Positions 1-12,857 of a DNA stretch of 59,399 nt are shown one piece after another. Positions within the stretch are counted from its first letter, which is position 1; each line of letters opens with the position of its first letter. The notes under the pieces are model-generated. The model saw only the letters and a program-made list of their open reading frames with translations, had not been told where the DNA came from and ran no database searches. This DNA comes from Chromera velia (taxonomy: Eukaryota): contig JAHBMJ010000033.1 in assembly GCA_018398765.1 (NCBI GenBank), positions 1 to 59,399 of the forward strand, written 5' to 3'. Made by a program: the position numbers and the translations under genes.

Positions 1-300
1 GCAGACACAAAAAGCAGACGTGGTTCAAAAGCGCGGCTCCGGAAAATGGGGGGCGCGAGAAAGAATGGCCTCAAGCAGGAAGGGGAGGAAGGACTCGTGC
101 TGAGACGAAGAGAGGAGTCAGGCCGGTGAACGTGAAGATTAGAGAGGAAATCGAGAAGTAGAGAGGAACGACGACCGAGGATGGAAGGATCAAAGAGGGG
201 AAGAATGGACGTACAGAAGGACCTAGTGCATGCATGGGTGGGGGGGCAGATTGAAAGTCTAGCTATCCACGTTTCCGCAGCCGCAGTCCTGTCTGCTCAC

Positions 301-729
301 TCGAATGATGTTCTTCAACTCCATTTCGTACTGAGTTGCGAAGAGAGGCTTGACGGTCGCCTTGAAGCGCGCTGGCCATGTGTCACACAGGTACTGCAAG
401 CGGTGAAACGTGAAAAGACATGCACGCACACATGCAAGAGGAAAGGGACGATGGCGAACGCCCCTTCTTTCGCAGTTGTCTGTCTTTCTTTGTATCGATC
501 TCTGATGAGTCTTAAGAAGACTTCCATTGAGATGTAACAAGGCGTGAATAACACGCCGGCGAAGTTGAAGAGTGAAGAAGCCGTACGGAAGCGCACTTAT
601 GTGTTGGTGCATGCAAGTTCATGAGCGGCTCACCTTGACGGCAGTGTAGAGCTTTTGAAACTGAAACTCCGAGACCTTCCCGATTAGATGAATGTCATAA
701 GTGGTCTCTGCAGTTTCCTTGGTCAACAT
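301..729 (-). CDS. 5' exons (634-729, 301-393) of a spliced gene running off the left edge; N-terminus resembles PPIL6/RSP12-type cyclophilin-like proteins
   Basis: ATG at 729, GTGAGC donors after 634 and 301, and a TGCAG acceptor before 393 give in-frame MLTKETAETTYDIHLIGKVSEFQFQKLYTAVK|YLCDTWPARFKATVKPLFATQYEMELKNIIR. This recalls the N-terminal domain of PPIL6 from memory; no search was run. Confidence 0.45.
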
Positions 730-1115
730 CTTGGCTTACTGCTACCGGGGATCTGGCCCAGATCCGACTGCAATTCTGTGAGTAAAAGCAACAGCCAGTG
801 AGAAGGGATCGTTCGATGGCACTATATACTGACAAGGATGGTTCACCTGGAGCCTGGGGGAAGTGATTGTTCTAGGTTTTGCCTGCAATGACTGTCAAAC
901 CTGCTTATGGACGAGCTGCTTGTCATAGGATTGATCGAGTATCGCAGGAACTGCGCATCAAAAAAATCAATGTATATACGTCTATATATACATATCGATA
1001 TACAAATGAGGAAAAACAGAGAATTAAGGCTTTCAATACGCTCACATTGCGCGCGTAAGATTGCCTACGTACCACACTGTGACCTCCAGCCCTTTAATTC
1101 GGCCATTTTTACTTC

Positions 1116-1120
1116 AAAAA
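1116..1120 (-). terminator. Pol III oligo-T terminator of tRNA-Ile
   Basis: TTTTT on the minus strand one base downstream of the tRNA discriminator. Confidence 0.75.
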
Positions 1121-1121
1121 G

Positions 1122-1195
1122 TGCTCCCAGGCGGGCTCGAACCGTCGACCTTCAGTTTATTAGACTGACGCTCTAACCAACTGAGCTATGGGAGC
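1122..1195 (-). tRNA. tRNA-Ile (anticodon AAU), intronless
   Basis: Reverse complement is GCTCCCATAGCTCAGTTGGTTAGAGCGTCAGTCTAATAAACTGAAGGTCGACGGTTCGAGCCCGCCTGGGAGCA. It has acceptor stem GCTCCCA/TGGGAGC, a D-arm, anticodon arm TCAGT-CT[AAT]AA-ACTGA and a GGTTCGA T-loop. Confidence 0.96.
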
Positions 1196-2096
1196 GGTGA
1201 GAGTGCGGAAAATTGTGTGTGCAACGGCACTCACAGCTAGGGCAGGAGGTGAACGTAGACTCTGGAACACTCGACGTATGAGAATCGCCTCGGGGGGCAG
1301 CTCAGCTCTGCTGAAATCAGCCGAGAGGCCCTGAGATCGCACGCACTCGCATAACGCATTTTTTCATTTTTGAGGGGGGGATCGGTTCTGTCTCCGTCAC
1401 GGTCGGTGTCGCCCGAGTTCCAAAATGTACCCCTCAAGCAACTCGCACGGAGCCGTGATCGCGCATGTTTTACTTACTTTGCACATGCGTGCCCCTCAAG
1501 TGTAACTTGCATGGAGTTGCACATGCATATACGATGCGCGCGGTCCCGAAAAGCATATACTTCGCACGTATTGCCGTAGCCCTATGTGGCCCCCACCCCA
1601 TAGCAGTACACAAGACATGCCTAAGCCCCCGATGATGTACACCAATCAAATATGAGCAGACCCCCTAAATGACCCTCCGAGGCACTCACCGAACTGGTTG
1701 GGTATATCCCGTTAATTAAGCTTCGGGCACCAGAATTGACAAAACACAAAGTTTGTGTACGCTTAATTTCATACACTCGGTTCGTCTGCGTATACTACGT
1801 TGTCCAAAATTCTTTGACGCGCGATGCGCGCCTGTACAGAATTAATGGTCTCAAAAACTACAAAGGCTACTTGATGCGTAACACTATGAACGAGGAGATT
1901 CAAGATCAAGGAGAAGATCGAGGCCCACTGCCGCCCACATCAGATTTGATCTTCATGTCACATAGAATATATGATTAACCCATAGACTGGAGTTACTGGA
2001 TAAGAGAGGAGAACCGTTCTGCTTTTAGCTCTCGGTCAATGCAACACCTCTAACCCGTCTCCTTCCTACGTAGTTACACCCACGGGCCACTCTGCG

Positions 2097-3149
2097 ATGG
2101 ATTCGATCCCTATCGACATTGTGGCGTTTGTATTGGAGTTTGTTGGAGGAGGCGGCTTGATACCCTTTCGAATCACCAGTCAAGCATCGAAAAACGTCGC
2201 AGAAAACTTCACTGGTCTTCCCCTTTTCTTCTTCTCTAAGGTGTCTTATCATATAATGGATGGAGTCCACCTTTCACCACAGTTCTTATCATTTCTTCTC
2301 AAATAAAAGGCCTCACTTGATGTCTTTTTAAGGGAAAATGCGGCACAAAGAGCCCTGAACCTCCTTAGCTCTCCTTCTCTCCCACCTTCCCTGTTGCTTA
2401 ATGTAGTAGAAGGGTGTTGCCGAGGGGGGGATCTGTTAAGAGTTGCGTCGATCTGGGGATGTTTGTCTAAAGAATTAGACATTGATAATGATCAAGTCCA
2501 ATCATTCCTTTATGATTGCGCCTGGGGGGTGGTAAAACAAGGAATGATGAACACCTTAGCATTCCTCAAAAGAAACGGGGGGGTCCAGCTCAGATCTGAT
2601 GTCACAAAGTTAAGAGATTTTCAGCGGCTCAACGAACTCGCAGATGATCAGTTTCGTGTGATCGCTCCGTTGATCACATTCTTTAAGATCCCTAACATCG
2701 TGTTGGAGAACCTAGTCAGAGCTACACTCATATTCAAAATCACAGCCATTGCAGACCTCTCTGCGAGAGACATTATCACAGCACTAGGAGGGTTGAGCGG
2801 ACATATGGCGATTCAAGTGATCGAAACTGTGGAAATGGTGCTAATAACAGCGTTTGTCAATTATTCTATGTTCAGGTACGAAGAGTCATGCCTCAAACCT
2901 ATACAGACTTGGGGAGAGAAGACGCTTGTACCTTTCCACAGGAACAACTTCGAAACACTCCTGAGATAGCTGAACATCGACTCGGGGACTTTGAATGCCA
3001 TGAAGCGAGCAGTCACCGTGCAGATTCTGAAACAAACAGACACCAAGTTGAACTATCTAGTACCACATATACGCGAGCTTGCTAAATGCATGATCGAAGA
3101 ATGTTCCATGGAGAAGAGGGTAGAAAGGTTAGATAGAGCATGTACATGA
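2097..3149 (+). pseudogene. Disrupted ORF with an F-box-like start (MDSIPIDIVAFVLEFV) and two in-frame stops
   Basis: ORFs 2097-2306 and 2394-2969 are in the same frame. Protein-like reading continues through TAA (2304) and TAG (2967) to TGA at 3147-3149. Confidence 0.6.
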
Positions 3150-4714
3150 CTCTGTTTAAGTGTTGTCATTCTATAAGAGAATATAAGACTCTTTGCAATT
3201 TGTCATTCTTTCCTCTCTCCTTCACTTCTCTGGTCAGAGGCGCCTGTTTCCTTCCTTCTTCTGTTTTTCATTCTTTCCTTCCTTCTTTCGTTTGTTCATT
3301 CATTCATTCATTCATTACTTGATTCATTTATTTATTTATTCGATTATTCAGACAGATAGTCAGTCCGTCCGTCAGTGAGTTGACCAGTTAGTCAGTCAGT
3401 CAGCCAGTGGCTCATTCATATACTCGTTTACTTTTTCTCTTCCTTTTGATTGTCTGTTCTTTGCACTTTCATGCAGTGACCTTGTATCCTTTTCCTACTT
3501 CTGCCCTTGATCCCCTTCTCGTAGGATGTGAAAAACCTGTGTCGGCCATAAACTGATTATCAATGCTGCAGCTCCAACGATACTGGGTGGCACTGCGGGA
3601 ACAAACTTTCAGGCAGGTCTCATGCTCACCTATAAAAAGAATACCCGGGAATACCTACAGTTGTTGTGCATCATCTGCATGTTTCGCTTCAATCAACATG
3701 TTCGAGCTGAGTTGAGCACAAATACAATTTAAAGATGAGTTTTTTCCTTCTGACAGATGATCTTATCCCTTCTCTGGCAAAATTGGATGAGTAAATGCAA
3801 TACATGGATCAGGTACAGATATCTAGGGTCTGTGAGTAAGTGAGTGAGTGAGTGAGTAACTAAGTGAGTGAGATGGTCAGTACAGCTATGCATGCAGATC
3901 CTCATCTCGGCTTCAGCAGTGGGATGTGGCGCAGCAGCTGCTGCTAAAACGGGGCCTAGGCCAGTATTCGTGATAAGCAAGTGTGTGAGGAGGTTTGCTG
4001 TATAGGGAGGTACCGTTTGTGAGATGCTTCACTGGAGATTGCAACATCATTTTGCATATCACATTTTTCATTGCGTTGGGCTTCCCATCGTTGTGTTAGG
4101 CCACTAAAAGTTTAACAAGGAATCGTTTTGTAGTCTTGCCAGCAAACACATAAGAAAAAATGAAACTCTAACTTTAAAGGGCAAATGCAGGGTGTGCTTA
4201 TATATTTTTGCTTGTGTGTGCATGCGCGTTTGTGCATGTGTGCGGGTGGTGGCAGTGCGAGAGAGAGAGAGGGGGGGGGAGAGCAAGAGAACAGAAAGAG
4301 CTCTATAGATAGCATTGATAAAGTTCGGAGCATGTCTTAGCCATATAGGTGCGTATAGGTGTGGATTGTGTGTCCCAGGAGTGAGGTACGTGTTCTGTCT
4401 CTGCATGAGGTGACTTTATAGCATCGATTGTGCGTGCTTGTGTGCAGTTTCTGCCTTTGGACATATGGTAGACGGGTTTGAGGAGGAAGTGGTGTTGGAA
4501 GAGGAACCAATGTCGGCGAGAGAAAACGCTAGGGAGACAGCAGATCACCAATTTTTGTGCGACCTGTTCATATCCACCCAAGATATGGAAGAGTTCCAAA
4601 AGTTCTGTGACGATCAACCCCCCCCTGATTTTCAAATCCTCCTCACTCACTCCAAGTCTACTAGAGAGTCTACAACGGCCGTCTCAACGTTTGACGTTGT
4701 GGTCCATGCTGTCT

Positions 4715-4868
4715 AAACCTGCCTGGGGCGCCTGGGGTATCCCAGGCATGCCGCAGACGGCCCGCTAGGGCCGCTTGGGGCGACCCCAGGTGGTTTTGCC
4801 TAACTTTATATAGAGCTGCCTGGGGCGAAGCCCCAGGCAGTTGTTGAGAGTTGCTTGGGGCGAAGGTT
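4715..4868. repeat. Cluster of GC-rich palindromes built on (G)CCTGGGGC
   Basis: Perfect hairpin CTGCCTGGGGC-GAA-GCCCCAGGCAG at 4816-4840, GCCTGGG-GTAT-CCCAGGC at about 4729-4747, and additional half-sites. Confidence 0.75.
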
Positions 4869-5378
4869 GATGCCGAAGGCACTGACTTTATCGTCACAAA
4901 CCATGGTACACATGCCCAACCGGGTTTGCATGAGGGACGCGCCGACACGACCTCGCAATCTAATAATATACGTGCATGCCGCGCATTAAAGGTCCGACCA
5001 GGTCATGCAGACCGGCAGCAACTTTTTGTTCGGCGGTTGCGATCAGCGATAGATACCAGTGGATACACATTAAGTTGACGGTTGCTTTCAACTTTCGTCT
5101 TTTCTCACTCTTGTCACTAGAGATGCACATCATTGCACATCATTGTACATCCATTGATTAACTCACTGATTGATTCCACACTTAGCCTTCCCGCTTACTG
5201 ACTGCACTGATTGATAATTCTGCACTCGGCTTTCCCGCTTGCTGACTGCACTGATTAATAGGCAGGCAGACAGACAGACAGAGCTAGAAAGAGGAAGAGC
5301 TGCTGACACTGAGGAGGAGTCACTCAGTGCGTGTCTATGTGAAGACAGTCAAGAAGTGCCGCAGCACATCGAAAATGA

Positions 5379-5444
5379 TGATTGAGGGTTTTGTCATGCA
5401 TGCCATATCCCCATATATGAGGGGCGGATCTAACCTAGTTTATC
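5379..5444 (+). repeat. Short dispersed repeat, copy 1 (CCCCATATATGAGGGG hairpin family)
   Basis: About 65 bp similar to the reverse complement of 55976-56042; shared core is TCCCCATATATGAGGGGCGGATC. Confidence 0.75.
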
Positions 5445-7296
5445 GCTTTGTTCCATCCTAAAACCACCAGTGTCGACAGTAGATGCTAAAAGGCGCAACT
5501 TCCGAATCGATCTATTTTAACTCAACTTATCAACTACGACTTCACTACCGGGCAAACAATAAAAAGAGAGAGACAGAGACTTCAACTCTTTCATTAAAGA
5601 AAGGCTACCCTTTTCATCAGAAAGACTCAAATTATACAGAATCATTCCGCTCGTCTTCCCTTCCTTCAAACACCGCATCAAGACCATTTCTTTAAACTCA
5701 GTTGCCCAGACTTTTCCAATTCGTTTGCTTGTATATTTACTCATCCCTCTCCTTTCTTCTCGTATTGTCAAAGAAATTTATTCAGTGTACGCCCTCCCGG
5801 TCAAAAGATGGTGCATGTTGAGCTGTTCAAATTTATTTTATGCGTTCTGCCTGTTTTGCTTGCATGCACACATGTGCTGCCTTAGACTGTCTGCGTGGAT
5901 TCTGAGATGTTTATTTATTTAAGAACCTGCAGCATTGTCGTTTTCAGTAATTCATTCACACACTCTGAATGGTATATACCTTCAGCCGGCCATGCCACAG
6001 GTAGTCCGACGCCTCCTCCTATAGATCGAGAACGATCGAGGCCTCCTCGTTTCATCTCGTCTCATCTCTGCCTTTTTTTGTTTGAATGTGAGCAATTCCT
6101 TAACTTTGATTGACGGTCAGCCGGACGGACCGATGAGTTGGATGAGTTCGAGAGAATTGGGGATAATTCTTTATTAAAAGCAACTACAACTATGATTTGA
6201 CTATCTCAGACTGCTTCAATTTTTTTTTTTGCAAAACATGATATCATTATCATCATCATCCTGTGCTTCATTGAGTCACTCTAAGTCGTAAAACATTAAT
6301 AACATTCAATTTTTATTTAATAATCGATCGTTAATTTATGTATACATCTATATTAACATCTATATCAGTCATTATCATGATCATACGTCATCGCTATCAA
6401 CCTATAAATAGAGTTGTCTAGCGTTAGATGGAGGACACTCAAGGCAGACTGATATAGACTGTCAGTCAATCGTAGTATTGTGCAAAGAATGTCAAAGATC
6501 GATTTCTTAAAGAACAAACCAGAGAACAAAATTAAGATTTCGAAAGCTAAAGGATCAGAGTGATTAGTAAAAAGTCGTTTCTATTAGAGCATTTAGACTT
6601 AATTTTAGAGTTTGGACAGTATTAAACTTTATAGACTAGTTTGTAGAGTGGGACTTCTAAACTAATAGTTCAACAATATTTAATACAAATCCAATTTATA
6701 AGTTTCAATAAATGAATTTCAATATATTAATTTGACTCTTAGACTTCAATTAAACAAAAGTCTGACGTACTGCAATAAACAGTTTTAGTAAAGAGTAAGT
6801 TGGCTTTCTGTTCAATTGGGGGCAAGTTTCAATTCGTTGCATGCTTTTTTTTTTGTTTTTTGTAGAAGAATTTGGTATCTCCCTTTCTCTCAGACTGATC
6901 AAGTCTGTTTCAATCAAAGAAACGCAATGGTTAGAAGAAGATTGAGACCTCTTTGCATGAGAAAGGCAAATGAATTGAGGGAGAAGCAAAATCACTTGTG
7001 GTCTTCAAATCTTGCTTGACACTGATGCATGCCATTGGTGGAATGCGACTTTTCTGATCTTTTCTGGTGAATTTTGGTATAGATCCATGGTGAATTACCC
7101 TTGCCTGTGACCTCTCTTCTTTTTCATTCCTCACAAATAATTCTAGGAATGACTCCAAGTGAGATAAAGAAAGGTCAAAATGAGGAACGTCGGCCTCCAT
7201 CCATTCATCCATCGATCCATCCATTTATTCATCCATTCATTCATGCATTCATTTGCCTTTCAAAGGCTTCGTCGCTCCCTCTGAGTCGGTAGAGGC

Positions 7297-7669
7297 TCAG
7301 TAAGGGCTTGGTTTCAGACGGATGTTTTGCTTGGCGGCAAGAGCGTCCCTCATGGCGTTGTAGCAACCTGGAATGACTTTCGAGTTCCGATGGTGCCCGT
7401 TGTATTCCAAGTCGACCTTGAAGAAGGGGGTGATCTTCACTGAGATTGCGTTGGGCTCGTTGAGGTCCATAATGAACTTCTCGTGCTCGGTGGGGGAGAG
7501 CAAAGCGATTCGGTCCAGCTCTTTGGAATAGAGAGAGGAGGGGGGGACCTTGCTGGTGAGTTCGGGGGTGAACACGGAATCGAACTTCTGGTTGAGAATC
7601 TGTCGGTCAATGCGGGCGTGTTCTTTTGAGATGATGGTGGAGACCTCCGAGTCGTCTGCGTCATTCGAC
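7297..7669 (-). CDS. Terminal exon of a small hypothetical protein
   Basis: GC3-rich coding-like ORF (…KEHARIDRQILNQKFDSVF…AAKQNIRLKPSPY*) preceded by a TGTGTGCAG acceptor. Upstream exons are unresolved. Confidence 0.55.
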
Positions 7670-8846
7670 CTGCACACATTAACATGTATGCAGGGGAACA
7701 CAACCCTTTTGCCCCAGAAGTTTTAAACAGCTTGGGGAACTGATGTATACTTTTCAACGTGGGTGGCAACACGTTCGTTTGTCACTGGCTGGAAGCATTG
7801 GCATACGCGCGCTCCTACCTGAGAAAGAACCAAGGCAGTGAAATACGACTCACCGTTCAAGTTTCACCGACAGGTCCTCCCTCTCCTTTCCTTCCAGCGT
7901 CTTTTCAACCATATCCTCGAGACTCTGCAAAACCGCACAGAGCAGTGAAAGGAACAGTCAATGCACGCATAGTTATATTGCATACAACGAAAGAAGGTTT
8001 GTACTAGCTTGTGCACATGCATACGTAAACGATTTCCCAGGTCTGGTGTATCTCTGCTTACCTCGGCCTTTGCTTCTCTGTAGTTCATTCGTTCCTTCTG
8101 TGCTGTTTGCCTCACTTCTCGGCATGGTTGCTATCGATCCACTGGTGACTGTCTCACGCTCCCAGGCGACACCTCCTGCAGAACTTCGTCGTTTCCCTGC
8201 CTTTTTGGCTGCTGGAAGAAGTGGGGCCTTAGTTTCACAACGGCCTTCCTGTTTTCCCTATCAACGAAGAAAATCCGTCTGGTTCGGGAGTTCGGTTCGG
8301 TGGAATCTGTACGATCGAGTACGATCGAGAGACTTGGAATGTGCAGAATTAAATTACATGCATGCATGTATATATATAAGCCCTGGCCCTTGCAAAAATT
8401 CAAAATTTTAAAAGCAGACAAAAAATGTAGGTTCATCTGTATCTGAGCTTTGAGCGCGCACAGCGAGCCAGGACATGCCGGGGCCTTGAAGGCTTAATTG
8501 CATGCATGGTGAAAGGGCGGCGTGGGCCAAGGTGCCCGATACAGATTGGGCCCGCCATGCCTGTATACGTATATATATATATACAAGCCTGAACGTTCCA
8601 AAATCAATGGCAGGGGCTTATATAGACCTATATACCAGGACAAAGACGTTTCAGAAATGTCACGCCGGTGGAAGAATCCCACCTAATCGCCGTGCACAGT
8701 ACGGCCTCCTTGGAAGATGCTGATGGTGTCCGTTCTCATCCTCCTGCACCCGTCTCCACCCGTCTCCGTGCACCAGTGCATGCCCAGTCCCACCAACTTG
8801 AATTCTCCAATGTACTCCTGCAACTTGTCTTCATGTGTACTGGCCG

Positions 8847-8912
<66 letters not shown>

Positions 8913-9007
8913 TGTCTGTCTGTCTGTCTGTCTGTCCGCATCTGTCCGCCTGGTGGCATCACATGCATGGTTGGACGTTTTGTTTATTTCTCTCCGACAT
9001 TCTACAG

Positions 9008-9272
9008 GTCTCGTTCGCGTTCAAGGTCTAGGGACCGTGGAGGTACTAGAGCGGTCAGAGACAGGGAGAGAGACGAGGGGCACGACCGTTACGACAGATC
9101 CAGGTTCCATGGAGGCACTGGAGCGGTCAGAGACAGGAGGAGAGACGAGGGACACGACCGTTACGACAGGTCCAGGTTCCATGGAGACACTGGAGCGGTC
9201 AAAGATAGGGAGAGAGAGTCTGACGAACGGTACAACCGACAAGGCAGTGAAAGGGGGAGAAGAGCACACTGA
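9008..9272 (+). CDS. Putative RS/RD-rich terminal exon containing a 72-bp tandem repeat (about 2.3 copies, 9049-9210)
   Basis: TTCTACAG acceptor followed by SRSRSRSRDRGG…RDEGHDRYDRSRFHG repeats. GAGCGGTC recurs at 9049, 9121 and 9193. Confidence 0.4.
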
Positions 9273-9929
9273 AGGGAGGGATTTTCTAGTGTGCCGCTAG
9301 CTGACACACAAAAGAGGAAGGTGCGCGAAGAGTTTTTCTCAACTATGGTTTTACTTAAAGTTTTTTTCTGGAAGTTTTTTGGAGTCAAAATTTGGACTGA
9401 TGTACAACTATTCCCGGCTTCGCTCAATGACAACCTGATGTCGCTCATACATACGGCATGTCACTTGCTGCCTACACCTTTATGCAGCCAAGCTCCCTCT
9501 AAGTCCGTCACTCACAAATTGTCATAAATGAGTTTACAGTGCAAGTCTTGAGAAATATATAATTAAATTCTTGTTAAAATAAAGTTTTATTATGAAAATG
9601 TTAGCTAGTAACTGCTGGGTACCACGCGCACAGTTCTTCTTACAGTGATTTCGACTTCAGTTTCTAGCTTGTTTAGCTATACTAAGCTTAGACGCCTAGT
9701 TAGATGCCTTACATAATCATCATCACCATTCAAAGTCATTTTGAAAATAAGAATAGGAAAATATTACACCTGGTATTACACCGAGTGCTAGACCGAGTAT
9801 TACAAGATGTTAGACCCTACAATGTATTATATATATAATTATAATATCCAACAACTGAGATCAAGAAAAATATATAAATCTTAGTATAAATCGTTGTTCA
9901 TATCTAGGTTCATATATAGGCAATGGAAT

Positions 9930-9978
9930 GGCAGTGGACCGTGGCCAGGCAAAACCCGGAACATCAATGCTATGCTAT
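9930..9978 (+). repeat. Short structured repeat (GGCAGTGGAC…CCCGGAACAT + microsatellite), copy A
   Basis: ggcagtggaccgtggccaggcaaaacccggaacatcaatgctatgctat. Confidence 0.75.
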
Positions 9979-10347
9979 ACACAGATGTTATATACGTATT
10001 TCTATACAATTAATTAATGGATTGAAAACCTAGTTAAAAACCTATAGGAATTTTTTTGTAAAGATGCATAGTATATGCAACTGTTGAAACATGCCTCAAC
10101 AAGCGTCTACATTCTCGCGCCAAACTAGGCGCAAATTATAACACGAAATGCACCACCAAACAGAACCGCAAACAAATTCTCATGGTACAAGATGGTCAAA
10201 GTATTCTGCAGCAGGACGCATGCATGATGCATCTATCGATTCCTGTAGATCGGCCCCGTGTCAAAGAAGTCTGCACATTCACGGCCCATGGCAATGACAG
10301 GGTATGCACATAGTGCTATTCTCACCCCGAACACGAACATACACATC

Positions 10348-10378
<31 letters not shown>

Positions 10379-11027
10379 GCACACGCACACGCACACGCAC
10401 ACGCACACGCACACGCACACGCACACGCACACGCACACGCACACGCACACACGCAAGCACATAGACAGAGAGGCGGAGAGATGGTTTGTATCCCTCCATG
10501 CAGAATGAATGAATGGATGATTCCGATCGAGGAAGGCGGCCAGCCAGGAAGATCAAAGGCGGAAGCAAGGGTCTCTCTCGTCTCTCTTTGCCTGCATCGG
10601 TGTTGCGAAGGGTCGGCATGTGGCTTGGTAAATAAAAAGAGAACCCAGCATTGAGGAACTATGCAACCAGCGCAATGCAACAATTGGTGACCATGCATGT
10701 GTGGGAGCGACGAGCATGTGAGAAGCAAGCAAGGACCATGCATGTTCATGCTCATTCTCTTCTCTTCATTGCCCTAGCGGTGTCTCGATCCCAGTCCGCA
10801 TGGCAGTGCAGGGAATGAAACCTCTCTTTGTGCACGCACGCCAGCACAAGGAATTAAGAAAATTGAGAAGATTCGCTGTTTGCATACAATCAATCCACCC
10901 GGCTCTGCTCATGGCTCTTCGTGCACAGGCCAACATCTACATCCTTCGATCTATCGACAGTACCTCGACCCGCCCTCAATAGGGCTAGGCAAAGAAATGT
11001 ACAAATGGAAGGACTGTGAGGTCCACA

Positions 11028-11066
<39 letters not shown>

Positions 11067-12740
11067 GAACACACACACACACACACACACACACAGAGGT
11101 ACACATACGTACACAGACCCGCGCGAAACAACACACGGGGGAGGAGCCCAGCCAGAGACGGTCTCACGGACATGATGCATGTTTCTACACAGACAGAGAC
11201 ACTCACGCTCAAGAACCTACGTACACATGCACAAAAAGAAGGAGGAAGGAGACCTTCAAACAGCTGGTCGACCCTTCCTCCGCATGATTGAAGAATTCTG
11301 ACCTTAAAAGAGGTCTGTCTCAGTTCCCGGTTTCTTCGCTTCCATTCCTTTCCTTTCCTTTCCTTTCCTTTCCTTCAGTTCTCCGCAAAGCGTGGTTTAG
11401 AGTCTCTGTCCTTTTCCACGTGCCCGTTCCCCCGCTTGCCTCCTTTTCTTAATCCTTACCTCCTTCCCCTCTTCTTCCTCCCACGATCTGCACAAGGGAA
11501 GAAAAATGAGAAGAGAGAGAGAGAAAGAGAGAGAGAGAACAATTCCCCTATCACAATCGCTCTACAAATTCAGGGGGCGAAACCGTCAAAACAATTCTCA
11601 TTGAAACAAACCAGATCAGAGGAGAGGAGCGAGATCGACCGAAAGATCCTTCCTTCCTTCCTTCCTGCATCATGCCCCCTACATCCATCCTCTCCCTCTC
11701 TTCCTCCGCCCCCCTCGCCTTTTCGGGACGAGTGAAGTTAGGAGCTCTAATCAGCACCCAATCAAGCGCGCAGAAGACATCCCCAGTTCTACCTTTGTTC
11801 TTCCTTTTGCGAAAGAAAGTCTCTTCACTTCCCTGCCCTTCGCCCATGCCCCCACTTCTGTCTGGCTGGAGAAAAACCTTTCTTTCTGCAGGACCGCCTC
11901 CACGACTTCTCTTCCATCTATACTTTATTTCATTCACGGAGAAGCAAGCGAATCGTATCTCTTTGACTTTCTTGTTTCCCTTTCGCTCTTCTCAATTGCC
12001 TCCGATACCCCTCAAGTGTGCACCGACCTTTCCGATAATGGAAACGCTATTTCTTGGCACGGTTTGCACTCTGCCCTGTGCCTTTGACATTTCCATGCTG
12101 AGGCAGAGACACAAATGCACGACACGGACTCTGAACATGAAACAAGCACAACGGGCAACCACAAAAAAGGAAACACACGAAGCGCGCCACCCACAGATTC
12201 ACTCACTCGCCAAGACATGCACACACACTGACACATGTGACATAGGATGCAGAAGGTGAGGAAAGCGGGCAAGAAAAAAGAAATTCAGAGGGGTCGAGGT
12301 TTGCATTCCTCCTCAAGCTCGCCTGAATTTCTCGTTGTTTCTCTTCCTTCTTTTCCCTTCATTGTGGGTGGATACGGTTCACCTCCACCTACCCCCTCTC
12401 GGCTGAGGGCCTTCCCTCCGTCTTTTGGTTGAAGGAACAAAGAGTCTGTCTCCCTCTATGTCTGCCCCCCCCCCCCCCCNNNNNCCCCCCCATGCGCAGC
12501 CGTCCATGCACAGAGTAGATCGGTCGAGTCCTCCAAAGGAATCAGAGGACAGACCGTTCGGGGATTTGGGCAAATAAAAATAAAGAAGCGGGAGGGAAAA
12601 GGAAGAGAATGAAGGGAGAGACCCTCACAGAATGACGCCCGCCCTGCATGGCGAAGTCCAAAGCAGCCAGCCACCCAGCTTCCCGATGCATCGATCAAAG
12701 ACAACGACGTTCAACGATTGCGCAAGCAAACAAACAAGTC

Positions 12741-12800
<60 letters not shown>

Positions 12801-12810
12801 ATGCCCCACG

Positions 12811-12857
<47 letters not shown>

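Noticed and set aside
2304..2969. TAA/TAG reassigned to Gln (ciliate-like code)
   Set aside because: Bona fide genes have long frames (1228 and 649 codons) free of TAA/TAG, use CAA/CAG abundantly, and some appear to end in TAG or TAA.
9930..9978. Hammerhead or HDV-like ribozyme identity for the structured repeat
   Set aside because: No CUGAnGA/GAAA core is present and I could not build the HDV nested double pseudoknot on either strand by eye.
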